Shown one piece after another: positions 27,459 through 36,030 of a DNA stretch of 64,000 nt. The stretch's first letter is position 1. Each line of letters opens with the position of its first letter. The notes beneath the pieces are model-generated. The model was given only the letters and a program-made list of their open reading frames with translations, was not told the DNA's origin and did not search any database. Source of the DNA: Acidimicrobiales bacterium (GTDB lineage: Bacteria > Actinomycetota > Acidimicrobiia > Acidimicrobiales > Bog-793); NCBI GenBank assembly GCA_035533595.1, contig DATLTN010000061.1:27116-91115 (forward strand). The letters are read 5' to 3'. Both the position numbers and the translations under genes were made by a program.

Positions 27459-30020
27459 TCATTCGATCGCCTGGTGCGCGATCGCCGCCGGCTCGCGCCC
27501 GGCGAAGAGCCAGCCGACGATCGCCGCGAACGCCGGCATGGCGAGCAGCAGGAAGACGAGATCCGCGACGGGAACGTTCCTGAGCGCGGCGATCCCTCCG
27601 TTCAGCGAGTCGCTCCGCAGCCAGCCGATCATCGCGACGTAGCCGCCGACCACCCCGAGGAGCGCCCCGAGGAAGCCGAGCGCTCCGGCCGTCACGGCAG
27701 TGAGCGTGCGCCGCGTGTAGCTCGACGCGCCCGTCGCGGCGAGCGTGCGGAGGTCGTTCGCCGTCTCGCTGCGGACGAGCCCGACGGACATGCCGAGCAC
27801 ACCGAGGGCGATGATGATCCCGAAGAGCGTCGCCGAGCCGATGACCGTCGAGGAGGTCGGCTGGTCGTTCCTCGACTCCACCGCGAGCTGGGTCGTCGAC
27901 GCAGTGAGCTGGGCGCTGCTGATCTGCGAGGCGGTGAACGGCTGGGAGCCCTGCACCAACCAGTTCGAGGTGCTCGTCGTGAGGTGGAACTCGCGCATCG
28001 CGTGCTCGGTGATCAGCGTGTTCGGTGCCGATGTCCCGCCCGGCAGCGCCCCGACCTCCTGGACGACGGGGTCCGGGAGGCAGCTGACGGCGGCGGTGCA
28101 CGGCGCCTGCCCGGAGTTGCCATCGGGCCCGTTCCCGGAGCTGCCACCCGACCCGTAGACGAGGCCGAGGCCCGAGGCGACGCCCGAGAGGCCGGGACGC
28201 GAGCTCAGGACGTCCGCGTTCGGGTCGATCTCAGAGGGGGTGACCCCGAAGGCCCGCAGCAGCTGCGGCGTCGCGACGTAGACGGCACCGTTCCAGTTGC
28301 GGCCCCCGTTGTTGTTGATCGCGGTCAGCCCCGCGCTCGGCGACTCGAGGGGGATGAGCTGGGCGCCGAGCGCCTTCGCGATCTGCCCGGCGCTCGCCGC
28401 GAGCTGCGTGGGGGTCGCCGTCTCCACCGGCGCGTTCTTCACCGGGACGAGCTGGCCCTGGGCGTTCATCTGCATGACCTTCTGGCCGGCCGGCGGAGCG
28501 CTCGGGCTGAGCGCGAGCTCACTCGAGGAGAGGTTCGGGCCCGCGTAGTCCAAGACGTCGCCGTAGCGCGAGGACGCGGCGAGCATCACGATCACCGCGA
28601 CCAGCACGCCGACGCTGATCGCCGCGAGCGCCGAGCCCGAGCGCGCCCGGTAGCGGGCGAGGTCGCGCAGCGCGAGGCGGCTCGCGATCGGCGCACGACG
28701 ACCGACGCGGGCGGTCAGGGACAGGAAGAACGGGGCGAGCAGGATCAGTCCCGGGACGAGGAGCAGGAGCCCGAAGAGCAGTTCCGGCGCGCTGCCGCCG
28801 CCGTGGCCGTGGTTCGTGCCGCCAGCGAAGCCGAGCAGCAGGAAGGCGGCGACGAGGAAGACGATGCCGGGGAGCGCGGAGCGGTGGATCTGGCGGGGCG
28901 CCGCCGGGCGGCCCGACAACGCCTGCACGATCGGCACCTTGGTGATCGCCCGCGCCGGGCGGGAGGCCGCGAAGTACGCGGCCACGACCGAGAGCGCCAT
29001 CGCCGCGGCGACGACGACCCACGGCAGCGCGAGCACGCCGATCAGGTGGTGCGAGCTCTGCTCCAGGCTCGGCCGGTAGGCGAGCCAGGCGACGAGCCCG
29101 AGGACGAAGCCGAGGACCGCGCCGACGACACCGACGACCGTGCCGTTCGCGCTGATCACCAGGCGGACGTGGCGGTCCGTGGCGCCGGTCGATTCGAGCA
29201 TCCCGATCGAGCGCAGGCGCCGCTGCGCGAGGACCGTGAAGCCACCGACCGAGACGAGCGCGATCAGCAGCATCCCGAGGACCAGCGCGGCGAGCGAGAT
29301 CGTCTCGGGGTTCAGGGGGTTGGACTGCGCGACCGACGCGGGGGTCTGCACCTGCACGCCCTTGCCGAACGAGTCGAGCGGCACCCCCGGCGCGTCGAAC
29401 AGCGCCGTGACCCCCGTGGGGGCGGTGACCAGGCCGGGCGCGACGAGCGCGAACTCGTCGAGGAGGCTCTGCGGGTTCTGCACGATGCCGACCACCTGGC
29501 GCTCGACGCCGCCGACGCGCCACGTCGCTCCCACCCTCAGGTGGAACGCCGACGCGAGGCCGCTCGTCACGGCGACCTGGCCGGCGCCCGACGGGAAGCG
29601 CCCGGAGACGAGCGAGAGCATCGGGCCACTGAAGGGGCCGTGCGGGTCCTGCGCGCGGATCTGGTAGGTGTTGATCGATCCCGGGATCGACTGCGTCTCG
29701 TTCTCGATCAGCTCGACGCGGCCGAAGCGGTGCTCGAGGCCGGCGACCGCGGTCGCCGTCTGCGCGTCGTAGGCCCTGAACGAGGCGGCGTCCTGTGCGC
29801 TGCCGAAGTCCGAGCTCTTGGCCGGCGGGTTGTTGGTCGCCACCGACGAGCCGACGATCGTCGCCGCGACCGCGACGGTGATGAGGGCGAGGATCAGGAA
29901 CTGCTGACGCCATTCGCGTCGGAAGAGGCGCCACGCCCAGCGGACGACGGCACGACGGGCCGGCGCGCCACCATCGGCGGGGCGGGATTCGGCGAGGGGT
30001 GCGAAGACAGCGGTGGTCAT
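27459..30020 (-). CDS. ABC transporter permease with two FtsX-type modules (MacB-like)
   Basis: 853 aa. Two 4-TM FtsX-like blocks, each preceded by a large extracytoplasmic segment. Downstream of the ATPase. Confidence 0.85.
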   Translation of the reverse strand: MTTAVFAPLAESRPADGGAPARRAVVRWAWRLFRREWRQQFLILALITVAVAATIVGSSVATNNPPAKSSDFGSAQDAASFRAYDAQTATAVAGLEHRFGRVELIENETQSIPGSINTYQIRAQDPHGPFSGPMLSLVSGRFPSGAGQVAVTSGLASAFHLRVGATWRVGGVERQVVGIVQNPQSLLDEFALVAPGLVTAPTGVTALFDAPGVPLDSFGKGVQVQTPASVAQSNPLNPETISLAALVLGMLLIALVSVGGFTVLAQRRLRSIGMLESTGATDRHVRLVISANGTVVGVVGAVLGFVLGLVAWLAYRPSLEQSSHHLIGVLALPWVVVAAAMALSVVAAYFAASRPARAITKVPIVQALSGRPAAPRQIHRSALPGIVFLVAAFLLLGFAGGTNHGHGGGSAPELLFGLLLLVPGLILLAPFFLSLTARVGRRAPIASRLALRDLARYRARSGSALAAISVGVLVAVIVMLAASSRYGDVLDYAGPNLSSSELALSPSAPPAGQKVMQMNAQGQLVPVKNAPVETATPTQLAASAGQIAKALGAQLIPLESPSAGLTAINNNGGRNWNGAVYVATPQLLRAFGVTPSEIDPNADVLSSRPGLSGVASGLGLVYGSGGSSGNGPDGNSGQAPCTAAVSCLPDPVVQEVGALPGGTSAPNTLITEHAMREFHLTTSTSNWLVQGSQPFTASQISSAQLTASTTQLAVESRNDQPTSSTVIGSATLFGIIIALGVLGMSVGLVRSETANDLRTLAATGASSYTRRTLTAVTAGALGFLGALLGVVGGYVAMIGWLRSDSLNGGIAALRNVPVADLVFLLLAMPAFAAIVGWLFAGREPAAIAHQAIE

Positions 30021-30053
30021 CGGGGCTCCTTCGGAATCGTGCGTTCGGTCGCG

Positions 30054-30779
30054 CTACGCGCGGGGCGACGCGAGGGAGGACTCGGCAAGGTCGGGGGCGA
30101 TGTCGTCGACGGCTCGCCCGTCGCGGATGAAGATCACCCGGTCCGCCCACGAGGCGAGGTGCGCGTCGTGGGTGACCACGATCGCGGCCACGCCGCGCTT
30201 GCACGCGTCGAGGATCATCCGCATCACCGCCTCGCTGTTGAGCGAGTCGAGGGCGCCCGACGGCTCGTCGGCGAGGAGGATCTTCCGCTCGCCGACGACG
30301 GCGCGGGCGATCGCCACCCGCTGGCGCTCCCCCCCGGAGAGCTGATCGGGGTAGTGCCCGGCGCGATCGGCCAACCCGAGCTGCTCGAGGGCCGCGATCG
30401 CCGCCTGCTGCGCCTTGCGCGCCGGGACGCCGTCGAGCTCCAGGGGGAGGGCGACGTTCTCCGCGGCGGTGAGCCCCGGGAGGAGGTTGAAGTCCTGGAA
30501 GACGTAGCCGATCGTCCGCCGGCGAAGGCGCGCCTTGTCGTTGCGCGACATCGAGGAGAGCGCCGCCCCGCCGACGTGCACCTCGCCGCTCGTCGGCTCC
30601 TCGAGGCTGCCGGCGATCGTGAGCAGCGTCGACTTCCCCGAGCCGCTCGGCCCCATGACCGCGACGAGGTGGCCCTCCTCCACCGAGAGGTCGATCTCCT
30701 CGAGGGCACGCACGGCGGTGGCACCCTCACCGTAGGACTTCGAGATCTGATGCAGTTCGAGCAGGCTCATCCCGGGCAC
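30054..30779 (-). CDS. ABC transporter ATP-binding protein (MacB/LolD type)
   Basis: Walker A GPSGSGKST, signature LSGGERQRVAIARA, Walker B ILLADEP. Confidence 0.93.
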   Translation of the reverse strand: MPGMSLLELHQISKSYGEGATAVRALEEIDLSVEEGHLVAVMGPSGSGKSTLLTIAGSLEEPTSGEVHVGGAALSSMSRNDKARLRRRTIGYVFQDFNLLPGLTAAENVALPLELDGVPARKAQQAAIAALEQLGLADRAGHYPDQLSGGERQRVAIARAVVGERKILLADEPSGALDSLNSEAVMRMILDACKRGVAAIVVTHDAHLASWADRVIFIRDGRAVDDIAPDLAESSLASPRA

Positions 30780-30813
30780 ACCATCCTTCGCCGCGAGCGC
30801 GGCAACTGGTTTA

Positions 30814-30867
30814 GTAGGACACGTAAGAGAATACGCAGTATCCTACAGACGAGCAGGGGCTTGTCAA
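30814..30867 (-). promoter_or_regulatory. sigma-A-like promoter TTGACA-N16-TAGGAT overlapped by an inverted repeat (candidate operator) upstream of the ABC exporter
   Basis: On the minus strand: TTGACA (30867-30862), a 16-nt spacer, TAGGAT (30845-30840). The arms GTAGGA (30846-30841) and TCCTAC (30819-30814) enclose the perfect palindrome ATAC-TGC-GTAT. Confidence 0.45.
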
Positions 30868-30898
30868 GGGAACCGTCCGACGAGGCTTCCCCCGAGCC

Positions 30899-31918
30899 TC
30901 ACACGGCGGGCGCGGTGAGCGCCGCGAGGGCCTGCAGCGCTCCGGTCGTCGGCGCGATCGCGACGAGCCCGCGGTAGAGCTGCACGATCGTCGCGCGGTC
31001 GACGGCCCCGGTCCGGGCCCGATCGCAGTGCGCGGACTGGATCGCGGCCTCGAGCTGGAAGCGCCCGAGGGGGGCGCCGAGCGCGTGCGCGCGCCGCAGC
31101 AGCGCCTCCCCCTCGGCGATCAGGGCGCGGTCCCACAAGGAGGTGTCCTGCTCGTCGAGCGGGGGCCACGGGCGACCCGTTCGGGCGGGCGCGCGGGACT
31201 GCGCGAGGGTGAGCAGGGCGGCGAGGCCCCACGCCTCGGGCTCGGAGTCGAGCAGGCTCGCGGTCAGCACCGCGAGCCACCGCGCCTCGTCGGCGATCGA
31301 TTCGCGGATCCGTTCGTGCTGGTCGAGCCAGTCGATCGCGTAGGCGCCGTAGATGGCCTCGAGCACCGCGGGGAGGCGCGCGGGCAGCTCGGCGCGGTCC
31401 GGCACCCGGAACGGGATGCCCGCGTCGCGGATGCGGCGCTTGGCCCGGACGAGGCGCTGTGCCATCGCCGGGGGCTGCAGTCCGAAGACGCGAGCGATGC
31501 GGTCGGCGTCGAAGCCGAGCACGACCTGCAGCATGAGCGGGGTGCGCACCGCCGGATCGATGGCCGGGTGCGCGCACGCGAAGAGCAGCTCCAGGCGCCT
31601 GTCGGGGATCGCCTCGGGGTCGGGGTCGGCGAGCGTGGTGGCGCCGTGCTCGTGCTCCTCGAGCGGCGCTGCGCTGCGCACGGCGGCGGAGGCGAGCAGG
31701 TCGCGGATGCGGTTGCGGGCAACGGTCATGAGCCACCCCTGCGGGTTCTCGGGGACGCCGGTCGTCGGCCAGGTGCGCAGCGCCCGCTCGAAGGCGTCGG
31801 CGAGACCGTCCTCGGCAAGGGCGATGTCTCGAGTCGAAGCCGCGAGCAGCGCCACCAGCCGGCCGTAGGACTCCCGCGCGGCACGTGCCGCGGCGGCGCG
31901 GGAGTCGTCCACGGTCAC
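30899..31918 (-). CDS. ECF-type sigma-70 family factor with a long C-terminal extension
   Basis: Last 339 aa of ORF 30899..32521. Region 2: GWLMTVARNRIRDLL. Region 4: ARVFGLQPPAMAQRLVRAKRRIRDAG. A ~170-aa extension follows. GTG 31918 overlaps the yciI-like stop (GTGA). Confidence 0.85.
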   Translation of the reverse strand: MTVDDSRAAAARAARESYGRLVALLAASTRDIALAEDGLADAFERALRTWPTTGVPENPQGWLMTVARNRIRDLLASAAVRSAAPLEEHEHGATTLADPDPEAIPDRRLELLFACAHPAIDPAVRTPLMLQVVLGFDADRIARVFGLQPPAMAQRLVRAKRRIRDAGIPFRVPDRAELPARLPAVLEAIYGAYAIDWLDQHERIRESIADEARWLAVLTASLLDSEPEAWGLAALLTLAQSRAPARTGRPWPPLDEQDTSLWDRALIAEGEALLRRAHALGAPLGRFQLEAAIQSAHCDRARTGAVDRATIVQLYRGLVAIAPTTGALQALAALTAPAV

Positions 31919-32301
31919 CGGACCGGCTGTGCGCCCTGCCACGAGCCGTCCACGTAGCGGGTCGCCGTCGGTCGGATCTCCACGGGGCCCCACGAGACCG
32001 ACGGCGCCTGTCGCGCCCACTCGATCGCCGCGTCGAGGTCCGCGACATCGATGACGAACGTGCCGCCGAGGCGCTCCTTCGTGTCGGCGAACGGGCCGTC
32101 CTGGACGACGAACTCGCCGTTCACGAGGGTGACGGTGGTGGTCGCGTTCGACTGCTGGAGCACCTCGGCGCTCGCGAGCACGCCGGCGTCGTCGAGCGCC
32201 TTCGCGTACGCCTGGAAGGCGCGCATCGCCTCGGCGAGCGCCTCGGGTGCGAGCTCCTCGGCGCTCGGCTCGGGGTAGTGGAGCAGGAGTGTGTAGCGCA
32301 T
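31915..32301 (-). CDS. YciI (DGPF) family protein
   Basis: MRYTLLLHYPE ... QDGPFADTKERLGGTFVIDV; 128 aa. AAAGGA SD. The listed ORF extends 123 codons further upstream without coding character. Confidence 0.85.
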   Translation of the reverse strand: MRYTLLLHYPEPSAEELAPEALAEAMRAFQAYAKALDDAGVLASAEVLQQSNATTTVTLVNGEFVVQDGPFADTKERLGGTFVIDVADLDAAIEWARQAPSVSWGPVEIRPTATRYVDGSWQGAQPVR

Positions 32302-32706
32302 GGCTGTCGTCCTTTCGGATCGCGTTTCGAGTCTGGCATTGAAGTGACGGGCGAACCGCGACGAAATCGACAGCGACCTCGCCGCGGCCGTGTGGCCCGG
32401 TCGAGGGCGGCCGGCCCTCCGCGAACCGAGCGCGAGGCCGACGCGCGGGCTCGTCGTCGTTGCCCTCACTACCGGGCCGGCGCGTCGCCGTTCGGGGTGC
32501 GGTGCGGTCGATTCGGGGCACACCACGGGTGCGTGATCGTCGACCACGTCGCCCAGAGATCGGCGCCGGCTGAACGGCGCTTCTTCTCCCTGGTGCGCGC
32601 GGGATGTCCGGTTGAGGCTCGCCGCGTTGGGTGCATCGTGCCTCGGTGAATCACTGGGATCGTCCGTCACCCGCCCGAGGGAGACAGGAAGGACGGGCCA
32701 AGCCCT

Positions 32707-33879
32707 TCACGCCGCGGTCGGTGGCTCCTTCACGTGCGGCATGCAGAGCTGGTCGTACTCGGCGATGACGATCTCCGCACCCTCGCCGCAGGCCGGGCAG
32801 GCGGGGTCGCGCCGGGACTTGAAGGTCCGGAACTCCTCATCGAGCGCGTCGTAGGCGAGGATCCGCCCGACGAGCGGGTCGCCGAGGCCGAGCAGCATCT
32901 TCACGGCCTCGACCGCCTGGAGGGAGCCGATGATCCCGCACAGCACCCCGAGGACCCCCGCCTCCGCGCAGCTCGGCGCGAGCTCGGGAGGCGGCGGCTC
33001 GGGGTAGTTGCAGCGGTAGCAGGGGCCGACGTAGGGGCTGAACACCGTGACCTGGCCGTCGAAGCGGAAGATCGAGCCGTGCACCACCGGGGTGCGGGTG
33101 ACGAGCGAGGCGTCGTTCACGAGGTAGCGCGTCGGGAAGTTGTCGGTGCCGTCGACGACGAGGTCGTACTGCTCGAAGAGCTCGACGATGTTGTCGGCCC
33201 CGAGGCGCACGTCGTGGGTCTGCACGATGACGTCGGGGTTCATCGCGGTGAGCGTCTTCTTCGCGGAGTCGACCTTGCGCTCGCCGATGCGGTCCATGTT
33301 GTGGAGGATCTGCCGCTGCAGGTTCGAGGCGTCGACGACGTCCATGTCGAGGATGCCGATCGTGCCGACACCGGCCGCCGCGAGGTACATCGCGGCGGGT
33401 GAGCCGAGGCCGCCCGCGCCGAGGAGGAGGACCTTCGAGTCGAGCAGCTTCTGCTGGCCCGCCTCGCCGACCTCGGGGAGCAGGATGTGGCGCTGGTAGC
33501 GGTTGCGCTGGTCAGCGTCGAGGACGCGCGGGGCGGACCACTCACGCCCCTCGTCCTTCCAGCGGTTGAAGCCCCCGGCCATCGAGACGACGTCCTCGTA
33601 GCCGAGCTCCTGCAGGGTCTTCGCGGCGAAGGCGGAGCGCGTCCCGCCGGCGCAGTAGACGACGACCGGCACCGACTTGTCGGTGAGGCGCCCCTCGACC
33701 TGGGACTCGAGGTGGCCGCGGGGGATGTGCACCGCGGCGGGCAGCGCGCCTTGCTCGAACTCGTCGGGCTCGCGCACGTCGAGGAAGGTCGCCGTCCCGA
33801 GGTGCGCCTCGGCCTCGACCGGGTCCACCTCTCGGATCTGGGCCTTCGCCTCGTTCAACAGGTCCCTGAAGCTCGCCAC
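32707..33879 (-). CDS. rhodanese-ThiF/MoeB adenylyltransferase/sulfurtransferase with the rhodanese domain at the N-terminus
   Basis: Residues ~1-115 are rhodanese (LDVREPDEF, active loop YCAGGTRS). Residues ~120-390 are ThiF (LLLGAGGLGSPAAMYL, NLQRQILH, zinc CxxC pairs CYRC and CPAC). Confidence 0.88.
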   Translation of the reverse strand: MASFRDLLNEAKAQIREVDPVEAEAHLGTATFLDVREPDEFEQGALPAAVHIPRGHLESQVEGRLTDKSVPVVVYCAGGTRSAFAAKTLQELGYEDVVSMAGGFNRWKDEGREWSAPRVLDADQRNRYQRHILLPEVGEAGQQKLLDSKVLLLGAGGLGSPAAMYLAAAGVGTIGILDMDVVDASNLQRQILHNMDRIGERKVDSAKKTLTAMNPDVIVQTHDVRLGADNIVELFEQYDLVVDGTDNFPTRYLVNDASLVTRTPVVHGSIFRFDGQVTVFSPYVGPCYRCNYPEPPPPELAPSCAEAGVLGVLCGIIGSLQAVEAVKMLLGLGDPLVGRILAYDALDEEFRTFKSRRDPACPACGEGAEIVIAEYDQLCMPHVKEPPTAA

Positions 33880-33998
33880 CGCTGGACACTCCCTTCACGC
33901 GCCGGCGCGTCGCGCCACTGCGTCGCTCGCGTAAAGAAACACTACCCGGCGGGTCAGGAATTCCCGAACGGCCGGCGAAGACGTCGACGCGGAGTTGC

Positions 33999-34004
33999 TA
34001 GGTT
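33999..34004 (+). promoter_or_regulatory. candidate -10 TAGGTT, 6 nt before the nitroreductase ATG (leaderless geometry)
   Basis: TANNNT-N6-ATG(34011), no SD. Confidence 0.3.
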
Positions 34005-34010
34005 CCCGCG

Positions 34011-34613
34011 ATGGAGCTCCACGAGGCGATCGACGGCCGCCGGATGACCCGGCGTTTCCGGCCCACCCCCCTCGACGAGGCGCTCGTCTCCCAGCTGCTC
34101 GCGTTCGCCGCGAGCGCGCCGAGCGCCGGCTTCTCCCAGGGCGTCGAGCTCCTCGCGCTCGTGCGCGCAGAGCGTCGGGCACGGTTTTGGGAGCTCGCCT
34201 CCGCAGTCGAATGGCGCGAGCAGGCACCCGAGGCCGCGGGGCTGATGGCGGCGCCGCTCGTCGTCGTGCCCTTCGCCGACCCCGCCGCCTACACCCGCCG
34301 CTACGCCGAGCCCGACAAGGCCTCGTCGCGCCTCGGCGGCCGACCCGCTCGCGAGTGGCCGGTGCCCTACTGGATCGTCGACGCCTCCTTCGCGGCGATG
34401 CTCGTCCTGCTCGCGGCCGAGGACGCCGGCCTCGGCGGGCTCTTCTTCCAGCTCCACGGGGAGGCCGACGAGATCCTCGCCGGCCTCGGCGTCCCCGAGG
34501 GGCGGGTGGCGATCGGTGCGCTCGCGATCGGCGAGCGCGACGGCGACGCCGCGGGGACGAGCCGTCCGGCGCGGCCGCGCCGCCGGCTGGTGCACCTCGA
34601 TGACGTCACCTGA
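34011..34613 (+). CDS. nitroreductase family protein
   Basis: DGRRMTRRFRPTPL N-terminus typical of the FMN nitroreductase fold; 200 aa. Confidence 0.8.
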   Translation: MELHEAIDGRRMTRRFRPTPLDEALVSQLLAFAASAPSAGFSQGVELLALVRAERRARFWELASAVEWREQAPEAAGLMAAPLVVVPFADPAAYTRRYAEPDKASSRLGGRPAREWPVPYWIVDASFAAMLVLLAAEDAGLGGLFFQLHGEADEILAGLGVPEGRVAIGALAIGERDGDAAGTSRPARPRRRLVHLDDVT

Positions 34614-35555
34614 GATCGGGGCGCCGCCGCTCGCCGGCAGCGCGGCCCGACGGGACCTCGCCGGCTGGCTCCCCCTCAGCGTCGTCTACGTCGTCTGGGG
34701 CTCCACCTACCTCGCGATCCGCGTCGCCGACGAGCCGCTCCCCCCTTCACGATGGCGGCGATCCGCTATTTCGTCGCCGGCCTCGTGCTGCTCCCCTTCG
34801 TCACGGGCCGGGGGGCGCACGACGCGGGCGCCGTCGGGCGGCGGGCGCGGCCGAGCGGGCGCGAGCTCGCGAGCTGCGCGCTCGCCGGCGTGCTGATGCT
34901 CGCCGGCGGCAACGGCGGCGTCAGCTGGGCCGAGACCCGCATCTCGTCGGGGCTCGCTGCCCTCCTCGTCGCCACCGTGCCGCTGTTCATGATCGCCGGC
35001 GAGCGCCTCGTCAGCCGCGCCGCGCCGGCGCCGCGCACCCTCGCCGCACTCGTCGTCGGCTTCGCCGGTGTCGGGGTGCTCGCCTCGCCCGGTGGCCACC
35101 ATTCCTCCCCGGCCGGCATCGTCACGGTGCTCGGCGCGAGCCTCAGCTGGGCGGTCGGCTCGCTCTGCATCCGCCGCCTCCCGCACCCGGCGCACCCGCT
35201 CGCCACCACCACCACCTACCAGATGCTCGCCGGCGCCGTGGCGCTCGCCGGCGCCGCCGCGGCGAGTGGCGAGCTCGCCCACCTCGACCTCGGGGCGGTG
35301 AGCCTGCGCTCCTGGCTCGCCCTCGCCTACCTGATCGGCCCGGGCTCGATCCTCGCCCTCACCTGTTACAGCGATGCCCTGCGGCGCCTCCCGACCTCGG
35401 TCGTCGGCACCTACGCCTACGTGAACCCGATCATCGCCGTCTTCCTCGGCTGGCTCATCCTCTCCGAGCAGGTGCGGCCGGCGACCCTCCTCGGCGGCAC
35501 CCTCGTCGTCGGCGCGGTCGCCCTCGTCATCTCCGAGAACCGCTCCCGGCGCTGA
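34600..35555 (+). pseudogene. EamA/DMT transporter, reading frame broken in a C6 run (34740-34745)
   Basis: The first TM helix and the VVWGSTYLAIRVA motif are in the frame of ORF 34516..34896 (ATG 34600). The rest is in ORF 34752..35555. One extra C would read ...DEPLPPFTMAAIRYFVAG... continuously, giving 318 aa. Confidence 0.6.
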
Positions 35556-35610
35556 GGTGCGGTGCGGCGCCCACGCCGCGCCGCACCGACGGCCCGGGGG
35601 CCCTTTGCTC

Positions 35611-35616
35611 TACGTT
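35611..35616 (+). promoter_or_regulatory. candidate -10 TACGTT, 6 nt before the FKBP ATG (leaderless geometry)
   Basis: TANNNT-N6-ATG(35623), no SD. Confidence 0.3.
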
Positions 35617-35622
35617 GGCCCC

Positions 35623-36000
35623 ATGGCCAACGACGACAAGCCCGAGATCGCGATCCCCGACAGCGCGCCGCCGAGCGCCCTCGAGCACGAGGACCTCGTC
35701 GTCGGCGAGGGCGACGCGGCGACGCCGGGCAAGAGCGTCGTCGTCCACTACGTGGGCGTCTCCTGGTCCTCCGGCAAGGAGTTCGACTCCTCTTGGGACC
35801 GCAACGAGCCCTTCGACTTCCCCCTCGGGGCCGGCCACGTCATCCCGGGCTGGGAGGAGGGGGTGCGGGGGATGCGCGTCGGCGGCCGCCGGCGCCTCAC
35901 GATCCCGCCCTCCCTCGCCTACGGCCCCTCCGGGGCGGGCGGCGTGATCGGGCCGAACGAGACGCTCGTGTTCGTGGTCGACCTGCTCGGCGTGCGCTGA
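35623..36000 (+). CDS. FKBP-type peptidyl-prolyl cis-trans isomerase
   Basis: Start reset to ATG 35623 (MANDDKPE). VHYVG..SGKEFDSSWDR..PFDFPLGAGHVIPGWEEGV.GM.VGG.R.L.IP..LAYG. Confidence 0.9.
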   Translation: MANDDKPEIAIPDSAPPSALEHEDLVVGEGDAATPGKSVVVHYVGVSWSSGKEFDSSWDRNEPFDFPLGAGHVIPGWEEGVRGMRVGGRRRLTIPPSLAYGPSGAGGVIGPNETLVFVVDLLGVR

Positions 36001-36030
36001 GCGCCGGGCAGCCCGGGAAGGGGGACAGGA

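Noticed and set aside
31915-32670. The 251-aa version of the YciI-like protein, with a 123-aa N-terminal extension.
   Set aside because: The extension has no YciI or other motif and mixed codon bias. A good SD (AAAGGA) directly precedes ATG 32301, which gives the canonical ~128-aa YciI size.
34752-35555. Treating ATG 34752 as the genuine EamA start, with no frameshift.
   Set aside because: The adjacent frame upstream encodes a textbook EamA first helix and the VWGSTYLAI motif, and it joins seamlessly if the C6 run were C7. A 267-aa version would lack TM1. This reading is retained only as an alternative in the finding.
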